From Asterionella formosa (lineage: Eukaryota), in NCBI GenBank assembly GCA_002256025.1, contig NKIB01013530.1, positions 1-55,970 of the forward strand: a stretch of DNA of 55,970 bases. Direction: 5' to 3'. The notes below the pieces were generated by a model that did not search any database, had not been told where the DNA came from, and was given only the letters and a program-made list of their open reading frames with translations. Of the stretch, positions 22,037 to 35,289 are shown one piece after another (positions within the stretch are counted from its first letter, which is position 1; each line of letters begins with the position of its first letter). Position numbers and translations under genes: made by a program.

Positions 22037-22810
22037 AGCGATAACTCTAGCAAGTACAAAATAGAAAAAGAAGCAAAGGATGAGCAGCTGTCATCGATTG
22101 AATTCGCAAAATAGTTTAGAAACAGCTGTTATATATTTTAACATTCAATGCATGTCGCTGTAGTGAGATTTGCCGCAATGGCCTTCTCCGTTTTGGAGCA
22201 GCTACAAACAGTCTACAGCGATAACTTTAGCAAGTACAATATAGAAAAAAAAGGAAAAAGGATGAGTAGCTGACAACAATTGAATTTGTAAATTCGTTAA
22301 GAAATAGCTGTTGCATATTTTTAGTATTCAATACATGTCGCTGTAGTGACTCGAAATTGAGATGTGCCGCAATGGCCGTCTCCTTCCCGGAGCGGCCACA
22401 AATAGTCTACATCGATAACTCTAACAAGAGCAATATAGAAAAATAATCAGAGGAGGAGCAGGTGTCAACTATTGAATTCGTAAATTTGATTAGGAACAGC
22501 TGTTGCATATTTTAACATTCAATGCATGTCGCCGTAGTGAGTCGAAATTGAGATGTGTCATAATGTCCTTCTCCGGTTTGGAGCAGATAGCAATAGTCTG
22601 AAGCGATAACTTTAGCAAGCACAATATAGAAAAAAAGCAAAGGATGAGTAGCTGACAGCAATTTAATTCGTAAATTTGTTAAGAAACAGCTGTTACATAT
22701 TTAGCATTCATTGTATGTCGCCATAGTGAGTCAAAATTGAGATGTGCCGCAATGGTATTCTCCTTTTCCGATCGGCTAGATTACATCTATATTGATAACT
22801 GTAGCAATAA
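22037..22810. repeat. Tandem array A, ~190-bp unit, 4 full copies plus the start of a fifth
   Basis: Anchor GATAACT at 22040, 22220, 22414, 22605 and 22794 (spacing 180, 194, 191, 189). Units align throughout. Confidence 0.9.
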
Positions 22811-23089
22811 TAAATTGGTCGTAAAGTCAAGGGCAAAGGAGATGAGGATTATAAACTTCATTGAATTCAACCACTCCATAGCTAACATGTTTTTTCGCAA
22901 TATTTCGCACTTTTTCTGTACACCACCAGTCAATAAAAAATATTTGCTGATGTCTGATTTGACCAATGAAACTCTTAGCAGCTTAGTAGATGGATGCCAT
23001 TTGGTAGAAAATAATAGCTTTGAGTTTTGGTGCACCCCTGCTGATGTACTAACTATCATCATGGCAAACTAGCACATCCTATGGTAGTG

Positions 23090-25075
23090 GATAAAAGTCG
23101 GCTTTAAATTGGTGGAGAAAGGCTGTTTGGAATTTTTGTTGCCACAGCACTTATGATCAATGCACAGCAAGCACCGAAAATTTACACACCCTCTTGGCTG
23201 ATGACCAAAATCGATCAATATACGTTTGTTCTGAGAATATTGATATTCGAAATGACGGCAGTGATCTCGTGTACATCGAATACTATGCTGGATAGAAATC
23301 GGCCTTAAATTGGTGGAGACAGATGGTTTGGAATTTTTGTAACGACAGCACTGGCTAATGATCAGTCCAAAAGCAAAGTAAATTTACACACATCCTGCCT
23401 GATGTCTCCTTTGATCAATATATGTCCGTTCCAAGAATATCGACATTCGAAATGACAACATTGATGTCTTGTGCATTGAAAACTATGTTGATAAAAATCG
23501 GCTTTAAATTGGTGGAGAAAGGAGGTTTGGAATTCTTGTTGCCACAGCACTGCTGATCAGTCCACAAGCATCCAAACATTTTACTCATCCTGATGCCTCC
23601 ATTGATCAAGATATAGTATTTCTGAGAATATCTACATTGTCGATGACGACTTTGATCTCGTGTACATCAAAAACTTTGTTTGATAGAAATCGGTCTTAAA
23701 TTGGTGGAGAAAGATGGTTTGGAATACTGGTCATGCGCGCAGCAGTCCAAAAGAACCGAAATTTTACACATCTTGATGAACAATTTGATCAATATATGTT
23801 CGTTCTGAGAAATCATGATTCGAAATGATGGCACTGATACACATCTTGATGACCAATTTGATCAATATATGTTCATTCTGAGAATATTGTTATTCGAAAT
23901 GACGGCACTGTTCTCGTGTACATCGAATACTATGCTGGATATAAATCGGCCTTATATTGGTGGAAAAATTTGCAACCACAGCACTGTTGTTCAGTTCACA
24001 GCAAGCACCGAAATTTTACACACCATCCTGATGACCAATTTGATCAATATATGTTCATTCTGAGAATATCGACACTCTCCATGACGGCATTGATCTCGCG
24101 TACATCAAATACTATGCTAGATAGAAATCAGCCTTAAAATCGTGGAGCAACATGGTTCGGAATTTCCGTTGCAACAGCACTGGTCATGCAGCAGTCCACA
24201 GCAAGCAGCGAAAAATTACACACCATCCTGATGACCAATTCGATTTATATACCATGTTCGTTCTGAGAATATCATGCTTCGAAATGACGGCGGTGATCTC
24301 GTGTACATCGAATACTATGCTGGATAAAAATGAGCCTTTAATTGGTGGAGAAAGATGGTTTGGAATTTTTGGAATTTTTGTAATCACAGCACTGATGTTC
24401 AGTCCACAGCGAGCACCGAAATTTTATACACCATCCTGATGACCAATTCAATTAATATATGTTTATTCTAAGAATATCGACATTCGCCATGTCGGTATTG
24501 ATCTTGTGTATATCGAATACTATTCTAGATAGAAATTAGCCTTAAAACGGTGGAGCAAGATGGTTTGGAAATTTTGTTGTCACAGCACTTACAATCAGTC
24601 CACAAGCACCAAAAATTTTATTTCACATCCTGATGAACAATTTGATCAAAATATGTTCCTTCTTGTTAGTATATCGACATTCATTATGACGGCATTGCTG
24701 TCGTGTTCATCGAATACTATGAATGATATAAATTAGATTTAAATTAGTGGAGAAAGATGGATTGGAATTTTATTGCCACAGCACTGATGATCAGTCCACA
24801 AGCATCTGAAAAATACACATCCGGATGCCTCCTTTGATTAATTTATGTTCGTTTTGATCTCAACATTCGACATGACTGCATTGATTTCGTGTACATCAAA
24901 TACTATGCTAGATAGAAATTGGCCTTAAATTGGTTGAGAAGGGTTATTTGGAATTTTTGTTGCTTCTGCACTAATGATCAAGCCACAAGTTCCGAAAATT
25001 TACACACCATCCTGATGACCAGCCATTTGATCAATGTATGATCGTTCTGAGCGAGCATATCGACATTCAATATAA
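23090..25075. repeat. Tandem array B, ~195-bp unit, about 10 diverged copies
   Basis: GGTGGAG-like anchor at 23111, 23312, 23511, 23703, 23959, 24141, 24344, 24549, 24746 and 24932. One unit carries an extra partial duplication. Confidence 0.9.
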
Positions 25076-25130
25076 CGCCATTTCGTTCTTCCTCTTACTT
25101 GTGCCGTTTGTAATTGGAAAAGTGGTCAGT

Positions 25131-25815
25131 CATGAACTTACTCTGCAAACCTTGTTCTTTTCCTACAGACAATCAATCTGTTTTTGGCAGGGCGGGGTTG
25201 AACCTTGGGAATAATGAAATGCGTCGTGCTCTCAGGAAGGCTATCCTGCTGTGTCATGCAGGCTAACAATCATCTTTTATTCGCATTGTTTAAAGGATTC
25301 CTCTGGTGCATAGGGGGCAAATATATACATGGTAATCAAGTGCAATGTTTTCTTGCCTTCTGCTGTTATTGTTTGCTGTTGCTTGTTGTGGGCGGATCTC
25401 CTCTCCTATGCCTTCGTCTTTGTTCGGAATTGTTAGCGCAAGCATTGCTTCTTTGTAATGAATTAGAAGAAGGGCTTGATTGTGTGCTTGTTAATTGATG
25501 ATCACGAACTTACTCTGCAAATGCTGTTCTTTGTCTATAAGCAATCAATCTGTTGAGCAAGGGATTTGTTGGGAATCAGGCGGCATGGTAAGCACAACGA
25601 GAACGATGCCTTTGTAACAATTGTTTGTCCATGAACTCACTCTGCGACCGTTGTTCACTGATTGCAGACAATCAATTTGATGAGGGCTGGGTTGTACATT
25701 GGGGAACATGTTAAGGAGCACAATAGAACCGAAATCATGGCTTCGCAACTTTTGTTTTCTCATCAACTCACTCTGCAAATGTTGACCTCTTTCTACAACA
25801 GACAATCAATCTGAG
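25131..25815 (-). pseudogene. Array of four homologous micro-exons (36, 36, 36, 39 nt) with flanking splice signals
   Basis: Minus-strand units AG|ATTGATTG..GCAGA|GT(A/G)AGT at 25772-25810, 25641-25676 (acceptor mutated to AA), 25514-25549 and 25142-25177. Predicted introns of 95 and 91 nt. Confidence 0.65.
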
Positions 25816-26019
25816 CAATGAGAATGAGCAGCCGGCTCATTTGCTATGAATTGATCTACCGATAGTTGCAACAGGGACATCAAAGTAAAGATAAAATGGG
25901 AGCAAACAAACTGAATTAATGGTAGTTAGAGTGAATAATATTTTTAGATGGAAATGTTGCGAATTGTCGAGAAAAGTACCGTATTATAGAGATTATTACT
26001 GAACAAATTTTTCTTTGTG

Positions 26020-26278
26020 TGGCCAGAAAATATTGTCAGTTGGCCCCAAAAATTATGTGGGTTTCTAAAATAATTATGGAAGTTGTCGAAACTATTTTAG
26101 TTCACTCCCTTCATTTATATTGTACGATGCATCATATTTTTTATGTGATGTCATACCCATAAATTATGTTCGTAACTAAATTCGTCATATTGGGCCACCC
26201 AAATAATTAAATTGGATGATCATATTTGACTAGCGTTTTTTTCTGGCGGCTGTACCAGTAATCGGCGTTGTAGATTTA
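26020..26278. mobile_element. Inverted homolog of 45155-45395 (subterminal region of a CCCTGC-ended DNA transposon family)
   Basis: Reverse complement aligns through ATCTACAACG..TGGTACAGC..TTTGGGTGGCCCA..TATGACGAA..AAACCCACATAA..TTTTGGGGC. Confidence 0.7.
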
Positions 26279-26281
26279 ATC

Positions 26282-29238
26282 GTCATGTGCAGTGAACCCA
26301 TGTTCATAATCATCCAATTAAGAGTTTACAGAGAAGAAATCATTCGAACTCGTAATGGTTCCACACACAGTGCAAATAATAAATCCGTTTCGTCGACCAC
26401 CAGCATTACAATCTAGCCAATCAACTCATAAACAAACACACTCTACTTGCTCTCGTTGACATTTTCAATTCTCACATGATACTAGATTTTCAGCATAGAA
26501 ATAGGTTCAAAAATGTAACAGACTGCTGTCCACTTTTTTATAGTCATAGTTATAGAATGATTCTGATTACATTTTCTTTTTCATATCGCTCGTTTCCGCA
26601 TTTGGGATGTTGTTCTTGTATTAACTGTTGAACTTTTCTGCATCCTTGTTACCATCAATAGAGTGTTAAGTGGCTCTCTTCGTTGTTGTTTGCTCATGGA
26701 AAACCCGCCTGGTAGCTATCCATATCATCATCAATAGAGGGATGAATGTCCTTTATCATTATCATTGTGGTTCACCGCTGGAAAAATTGGTATCCGTATT
26801 GTCATTTGCTTGTTGGAACTGTCCGTTGCCTCAAACCTGCTAAGCGTGTGTGTACACACATTGGTATGTTGTTCTTGTATTCACTGTTGAACTTTTCCGC
26901 ATCTTTGTTACCATCAATAGAGGGACGATTGGCTCTGTTCATTGTTGTTTGCTCCTGGAAAAGTCGGTGTCCGTGTCATCAGCAATAAAGGGACAAGTGT
27001 CCTTCACCATTGTGGTTTACCGCTGAAAAGATTGGTACCCATATTGTCATTTGCTCGTTGGAAATATCCATTGCCTCAAAGCTGCAAAGCGTGTGCATAC
27101 GTACACTGTCTACTTACAGTAGTAACTTAGCTACTAAAGTGCGTGTTACAATATCATACTCCGTAGTACGATGCAGAATACAGTTCCCAATCAACATTGA
27201 ATGATTGAAAAGATGATAATGTGATATCACGATAGGGTTACTTCGATGCATACATCACCAAAATATGATACGTAATATTGAATAATGTTTATCACATAGC
27301 TATGATACATTGATCATAGAACTATGATTTCTTAAAATGTTTATGATATATCTTTAATCAAATATGATCATCTTAAAAGAATACAATGGTAATAAAATTC
27401 TATAAAATATGCACGCAAGTGTTATCAATACATCATAGAAGAAAGATCAATCAATCATAAAGCATATTAGTTAATATATATATTCGACTTTAAATGTATA
27501 CAGTAAAAGCAAATAGTTAATATGATAGTATTAAATGGTGAATAGTATCTAAGTATACGGATGCGTTGATATGTACATCACCATAGTATGATTTGTGCGT
27601 CTGTAAATAAAAACTATCATATTTCCATGATGAATCATAGGATTGTGATCATCTGATCATAATTTTTAATTATATCATCTAATGATTTTGATAAATGCCC
27701 TTGTAATTTAAATAGTAACCCTTTTGACCACATATACTTAATTTTCATATCTATTGTTTCTATTAGATTCCTGTATTCGAATTTCTTGTCAGGATAATAT
27801 ACCAGCTGAAGTAATGTAATTTGGCTCGTCATTTCCATCCGTCATCACTCTAATTTTTGCAACAACAACGAAATACTAGCGATGACAGGTGGAATGATTG
27901 TTTGCGATAACAACGTCTTCAATTGTTGGTCATGTGATCATTATATATTTGAGTAATTGTCATGTGCAGTGAGCCTTTGTTCATAATCATTCAAGTAAGA
28001 GTTTACAGAGAAGAAATCATTCAAACTTGTAATGGTTCCGCACACAGCGCACATTGTGAATCTGTTTCGTCGACTTCAGCATTACAATCTCGTTAATCAA
28101 CCCATAAACAAACACGTTCTACTTGTTCTCGATGACATTTTCAATTCTCACATGATACTACATCTACTATTGAGATTCAGCATAGAAGGAGCTACGAAAA
28201 TGTAACAGACTACTGTCCACATAGCTATAGTTATAGAATGATTCTAATTACAATTCCTTCTTCATGTCGCTCGTTTCTGCATTTGGCATGCTGTACTTGT
28301 CTTTACTATTTAACTTGTCTGCATCTTTGATGCCATCAAGAGATCGAAAGCAAGTGGCTCACTTCATTGTTGTTTGCTCGTAGGAAATATTTGATATCCG
28401 TATCGTCATTTGCTTGTTGGAACTGTCCGTTGCCTCAAACCTGCTTGGCGTGTGCGTACACACACTGCCGACTTGTTTTCATTGGTATGTTGTTCTTGTA
28501 TTCACTGTTGAACTTGTCCGCATCTTTGTTACCATCAATAGAGCGACAAGTGGCCTGGCTCTCTTCATTGTTGTTTGCTCCTGGAAAAGTCGGGTGTCCG
28601 TGTCATCCTCATCAATAGAGGGAGAGGGACAGGTGTCCTTCATCATTGCGGTTTGCCGCTGGAAAAATCGGTACCCGTAGTATCGTCATTCGCTCGTTGG
28701 AACCACTTTCCGTTGCCTCAAACCTGATTAGCGTGTGTGCATGTGCACTGTCGACTTGTTTACAATGCAGGAGTGACTTAGCTACTAAAGTGCGTGTTAT
28801 AATATCATACTCCGTAGTACGATGCAGAATACTACAGTTCCCAATCATCTCATCATGATTGAAAAGATGATAATGTGATATCACGACAGGTTTACATCGA
28901 TGCATACATCACCAAAGTATGATACATAATAATGAATAAAGTTTATCACATAGCTATGATGCATTGATCATAGAACTGTGATGATTTCTTGAAATGTTTA
29001 TGATATAATTTTGATCAAAATATGATCATGTTAAAATAATACAATGACAATAAAATGTACGCAAGTGTTATCGATACATCACAGAAAACAAATAAATCAT
29101 AATTATGTTACTTAATATATAAATTCGACTTTTAATGTATACAGTAAAAGCCAACTGTTATTATGATAGTATTATATGGTGGATAGGATCAAAGTATACG
29201 GATGCGTTGATATGTATATCACTATAATATGATTTGTG
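26282..29238. repeat. Diverged ~1.3-kb direct duplication (26282-27597 and 27959-29238), each copy with internal ~250-bp sub-repeats and a decayed minus-strand ORF
   Basis: Both copies start GTCATGTGCAGTGA and end GTATACGGATGCGTTGATATGTA..TATGATTTGTG. The minus strand gives repeated SIDGNKDAEKFNSEYKNNIP. Confidence 0.85.
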
Positions 29239-29289
29239 TTATGGATTGATGCATATCACATACCGGTAGGAAACCCAAACAGTTGTTCT

Positions 29290-31170
29290 TCGCGGATGAA
29301 GACTCTATTCCTACAGAGTTACAGGTCCATTCAGTGTCGTATTTTCCTCCTCATTCTTCTGAAATCGCTGATAATGAAGAAGAACTCAGTGATTCTCATT
29401 CATTTGATGAACAAATTCATGCGATGAATGAAAATACCTGCGAAAATTCAGAAGTAAAAATGGTTGGAAAGCTGTAAAACCAAGATATATGTCTCACTAT
29501 TCGTCCAGAACATCAAGATGAACATCATGAAAGCAGAGAAACTATTACATTTCTAAAAGCAAAGATATTCAAGAAAAAGTCCGGGCTAGATCAAGACCTC
29601 GAATTCAAGAAGATCAATGCAGACAGAGATGTGATGCTGGCTAAGGCAGTTGATGCACTGAGTCGGGAGCGAAGTTTGAAGCACAAAATTGAATCTTTTT
29701 CCAAATCATACAAGGAAGAAAAAAGAATTTCTCTATAAAATCATCGAGAACAATCCCGAACGCAGCTACTTTTGTGAAGAGTCAGCATGTGAAATGTGTA
29801 GAGCTATTATGCCAAAGCAAACTGCATTTTCCTTGAGTTTGCCGAAAACTCATGGACAGCTAAAATTGTGGAAAGATTTGTACACACGTACCCCACAAGA
29901 AATATGCAATTACGCCTCTGTATTTTATGGGGTCAAAGGTATCAAAAAATCATCTTCAGATTTTAAAGATCTTTCATATTGGGACCTTGAAACAATTACT
30001 ATTACCTCTATGATCCATTATATAATTCACGAACTTCATCCAACTGATGTAAAGATTGACTTATATTTGATCTGGATGAGAACCCAGAAAAGGGTAATGA
30101 CAAACCGTATATATACCAAGGTGATTTTCATCCGACTCATCATGACAGTAACTATGTGCTAATTGTTTATTGCAAAAGATCAGATGAGGAGGAAAACAAT
30201 CATTTTGTGCATTATTTTTTTGCTATAAATGATGGATTATGTCATGTCCGTGATCCAGGAAAAGATGCAAGTTTGGATGAAAATTATGATCAAGTATTTC
30301 ACCTTGCCCGTAAGTACTGCATCATCCCTGTATGCACAAAACAATTGGAATTGTCATGGAACGATACAGGATATCTTCCACAAGAATCCCATACACATGA
30401 AGAAATTTGTTTATCGGAATCTTTCTATACTGGCACCAAAGCACGGCACCATTGCAGATCATAATGGCCACTGAACATGATTCCATGTTATTTCAACCAG
30501 AAGATGATAGTAGATGGTCATGTAGATCATTTAAAATTGTGAAAGTATTGGAAACTCTATTGCAACTAGAAAGGAATGGCAAAACCAAATTTCTTGGCAA
30601 CCGGGCACAATTCCGTTTGGAGACGGAGTCCTGGAAAGTTTTAAAACGTCAGGTGGTAGCAACTGATCGAACAGACGATTTGTTATCTGTTACATCTGAC
30701 CCACCAACCAAGTCAACATACTTTCATCTTGGAAAAGTTTGGCCTCAAGTGAAAACGACAAATTCTCGTGAGGATATGTTTCAGTTGGAAATAACTGTTC
30801 TTCAATTTTGTATCGACAAAATTTTGACCTCCTAATTAGATATAAAAATGTTGAACGAAGTTTTTGGACGACTTCCTTGCAATTCATCTTTCAATAAGGA
30901 TGATGTTGTCTACGTAATATCCATGATCCAACAAATGAATGAAAAAGGTGATCCTTTCAAATGGTATAATCATGCACCTCTTGGCCAAATTTCTGGATGC
31001 ATCAAAATTGACAAAAGAAAATTTTGTCACTGCTGATAATAGCCTTCTGGAATCAAATTGAAATGAAAAAGTTTACAGAATAAAACAGGACTGCAGTTGA
31101 AAAGTGGAGAAGAAGAATTTCTGACGAAACGAGAAAGACCATATTAGGTTCTTTGGGAGTGAAAAAGAAC
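29290..31170 (+). pseudogene. Decayed long ORF of unknown function, convergent with the Plavaka transposase
   Basis: A chain of overlapping, frameshifted plus-strand ORFs (29689-30162, 30156-30464, 30407-30835, 30848-31036) with protein-like composition and a CxxxxCxxC cluster. No family recognised. Confidence 0.5.
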
Positions 31171-31309
31171 AAATAATGGGCGGACCATTGGGATCATCCA
31201 ATGTCATCATTTGTTAAGATATTGTAGTTTGTGAAAACCTCATAATAACCAATAAATTATGTGAAAGTTTATTGTTACCATTATCATTTACATTATTCTT
31301 GTGTATTTA

Positions 31310-33617
31310 TCAACGTTCGCTTGTTAGTTTTTGGTCCCACCCGATTGATTTCCATAAATGATGTGGAGGCATGACAACATAAAAATTATCTTTCCGTATC
31401 TGTCTCAAAACTTCTTGCGGTTTCAGAGATTTTCTTGGCTTGATTCCTGTGGTGTCAAAGCAGGAACAAGCAACAAATGCTGCTGAAAGTATGTTACGAA
31501 ATTCAAGAACGCTCAATTGAACTTTTCAAGGAACGAATACACGCTGAGAGAATGGTTGTTGTGTTGGAGAAAATACCATTTCCCCAAAGAAGTAGTCTAG
31601 CCGAAACTTTGTAGGAACTTGATCCATCTCCTTTCTCCCAGTTCGCTCACTTCGACCCAGTCAAACCATTCAGGACCAGAGATTCCCGCATTTGAATCAT
31701 TATTCCATTTCGGATGGCATCTGAAAATAGTAGTTTGGCCGGGAACGTTACTTTCAATTTTAACATGATGATATAAGTCAATCCTTACAATGGAAACAGG
31801 CCCAACCCCATCTTCATGACTTTTTATTCTTGCTATTTCTATTGCTGAATTCGCAATGCTCTTTACATCGTAGTTGGCCCCCTTCGGTAAATCAGGATGA
31901 ACCAAGCAATTGAGACAAGGGTGCATCCTTACTCCGTGATACATGCCCAATCTTATTAGGGACACCTGCTATAGTCCATTGACCATTTGATGATGAAGCA
32001 GAGAGTTGAACTTTAACAGGAAGGGATGCATGGTGAATGGATCTTGGTAGGCGATATTCCCTAATTATACTAGGGAACATCCTTGTATCCTGAATCATTC
32101 CTTCGAAATCAATCTCTGTTGAAATACCATCAGTCACATTGAAATGTACTTGACTCATCTTCTTCTATTTGTTTTCTGTTTGTAATGAATCACTTGTAAA
32201 AACAATTTTTCGTGCCAAGGAAAACTGCCTTGTTTCATATGACCTTGTTAAAATGTCATGCTTTAATCGATGTGTGTAATTGTCCATTGACACACTTACT
32301 GGGTCACTCGTTTCAATTTGTCTTTAAAAAAACTCCAAATATCCACCAAAGAATTAAGAGGCGATCCGAGCTTCCTAATCAGATGAGGGTAATGTTTCAT
32401 TCCATGAGAATTTGCCATTCGTAAGCCAATTTGAGATATCATTTCCCTTTGGGGACCAATCATAATCTTAGTAACTGACATAAATCTCTTAACCCTTTCC
32501 TCTATAATGTCAATACATGTTGATAAATACTGCGGAATGAATGAAGTGTCATTGATAGATATACATGACCATAACAGCAATGTGAAATCCTTTTCTAGGT
32601 GCAGGTTCTCTGAACCCATCATTCCACCCATTGAAAAAATAGTTAACAGGCATAATCCGGGAATTTCTTGACCTGACATTTCTGACAAAGCTGTCATCCC
32701 AGATCTGTATGACAATTTTGGAATATCACGATCGCTTTGCCTTTCCAAATGACTATTGATATATCTAGCAGCCACTTTGTTCGAAGTATAGTTTCGAAAA
32801 TACATTTCTGGTGCTGGTACAAGTGTTGGGTCTTGATTTTTGCCAGTAGATACTTTTGGTAACTGGTGCGTGTGTCTTTTTGGGTTTTTGCCCGTTCCTT
32901 CGGTTGCTCTTGATCAAGAAAAGCAGTGTCTGCTGTTTCAGTGCTATGTTTCTGATCAGAGATGTTCTCTGGAATATCTGGAGATTTTATTTCTTTAAAC
33001 AATTATGTCCATTCTTCAGGGATAGTTCGATAATTGTACAATGATTCCAAGATGTACTTAAATAGTCCAAGGATTAATTGATGAAGAACCTCAAATGGAG
33101 TTGAATTGTTGAACGCATTTTCTAACCGGCACTAATTGTGTCCATCTATTTGGTTGGCCTGAGCGCAATTATTGGATAGCTTTAATGTACTATAGAATTT
33201 CGTTGACATTTATAAAAAAAAGTCTGGTAGGATGGAGCTTGATACCTGCCTTCCATCACATATTTCATTGCTTTTGCCTTGAACAGCCATTTCATTAGAT
33301 GATCAAAGTAAACTGGTGGAAGGTAATTCTCGTTAAGGAATAACATGAGTTCTAATTCGATTGGATGCATGTTTAGAGAATGCTTACTTGGAAGTTGAAA
33401 TTGAGGAGGAAGGGGCATTTCCATTGCATTTTCAGGGGCGGAGAAAGCCTTTGTGATCTTGAAAATCTGAATATTGCATGGTTTCTGCATTCAATCCTTG
33501 GAGAGTTTTTAGTCTAAATTTTTCGTCTTGTTGTGACTGAATATTATAACAAACTGAATCATTGCTGTTGTCATGAAATGGATGATTATGACCACTTGAT
33601 TCAATGATAGGAAACAT
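31310..33617 (-). pseudogene. Plavaka-type (CACTA/EnSpm-related) transposase, frameshifted and internally deleted
   Basis: Ordered motifs ELELMLFL..LPPVYFDHLMKW, STPFEVLHQLILGLFKY (~33050-33110), RQSDRDIP..MSGQEIPGLCLL, GLRM..HGMKHYPHLIRKLGSPLN and IFRCHPKW..EWFDWVEV. The central part appears missing near 33130-33180. Confidence 0.75.
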
Positions 33618-35000
33618 GTAAAAGGATAGGACACATAATCTCTTCTTGTCTACTCTCCCTAAATGCTGCAGTTACATTGACATTAACTTCTTTCCTTGAA
33701 TGATTCGATGCACTACCGCAATACATAATTTCATTATGTATTCCAGGAACTCGATGTTCTTGCATGCAATGTCGACAGTGACCATATGCATAAAAAACAC
33801 GGTTGCTACAATTTAGATTGTGAGACTCAGATGGGGTTTTGTTCTTCCAAAATTTGTAGCTACACAGATAACACCTTTGCAATGTCCACAAAGACATTGC
33901 AAATTTCAAATGATGACCAAGTCAGAATATGAACAAGATAGAATGAAAATGAATTATTAATAATAAATTTGGCATAACTCCGAGCATGCTGTGCTTGACA
34001 ATACAGAGTCGTGAAATTATCACTCCACCATAGTAGGAAAAATGCAGGAATACCGCTACATATATTACAGGCGGCACTCTATTATAGAGCAGCATCAATG
34101 TTTTCTTAACATCTATGATACGGCTTGCATTGTAGAAGTCTCACTAAGTATTTTTATTATGTAACTAAGGATGCATTGGATTCTATTAGGTCCATTCAAA
34201 ATCAACTTCGTCATCAATGTCCCGTTGATTAATGGGTTCATTGTAATCAATATTCTTCTCAGGAACTTTTGGTTGAAGTGGGTCAACATATTGATGCATA
34301 TCCTCTTCACTTACGTTGGAATTGAGAAGCATGAGTGTGGGTAGCTAGATGATATTTGTGATGGAAGTAGCAATTCCACTAGGATTCCTCCATATTCAGA
34401 TCGATTCTTTTGTGAAAGTCCAGTGTAGATTTCCTTATAATGAACGAGTAAATAATCATTCCATTGATCAGTGAGACAATTTGAAACTGAACTTTCTTCC
34501 CTCACACTTTCTTGATAAGTGGTTTCCCACCCATGTCGACAAAATCAGTAGAATGACGAATATCGTTCTCTGAAATTTCATGGGTATCTGGATTGAAACC
34601 CAAATATTTTGGTTGCAATCGGAATTTTCCTTTCAGCACCAAGGAGCAAAAGGCTTCTGTACTGGCATTGATCAGCGAACCAACAAAACGTGATTGCAAT
34701 TCACACTGTGCTCAGATTTGTCTCCTGTTAGCTAGAAATGATTCTCCACGGCTTGTCCTGCCTATAAAATACACTCGAGCAAGAACATCACGCCAGACTT
34801 GCTATCCTTGGCTTCCCATGTCAATGTCCTTTGACTGCGCATAAAGCGTGAACGCCCACCTAATAAAGTCATCATATCCATAGTCTGGAAGTTATATTCT
34901 GTTTGACCAGCTGGTGTGTCATTAACTATATTAGCATTTTTAAATTGAAGCATATTTGATAAGTATATAATCACCAAATCAAAACATCATGCTTTGGCTG
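33601..35000 (-). pseudogene. Decayed companion ORF(s) upstream of the Plavaka transposase, including a small Cys/His-rich ORF
   Basis: Co-oriented fragments at 33601-33909 (CYLC..C..HCRHCMQEH) and 34113-34977, which read through frameshifts. No family recognised. Confidence 0.4.
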
Positions 35001-35289
35001 GGAGTATCTGTTCTGTTGCTCGCTTATTATATACATTGCAAGCAATTAAAATTTGAAATCGTTCTGTCATGTTAACAAACAATGCCTGCTTCATGAAAAG
35101 AAATATCTTAGTAAAGCACATGACAAGAAGGAAAAGTTTATGCAAGAACGAAAAACATTGTAGCTTCGACACATTGCGCCTTCGAAAGATTGGAGCATGT
35201 TTAAGGTAATGAAGCTATCAATGTGGTACTTTGATGAAAATCGTTGGGAGGCAGGACAACAACAAATTGTAAACTAAAAGCAAATTTCC

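Noticed and set aside
22037..25075. CRISPR-like array
   Set aside because: Whole ~190-bp units are homologous with no unique spacers, there are no cas genes, and the context is eukaryotic.
26282..29238. 1.3-kb direct repeats as LTRs of a retroelement
   Set aside because: No TG..CA ends, PBS, PPT or TSD. The spacer is itself part of the repeated unit seen elsewhere.
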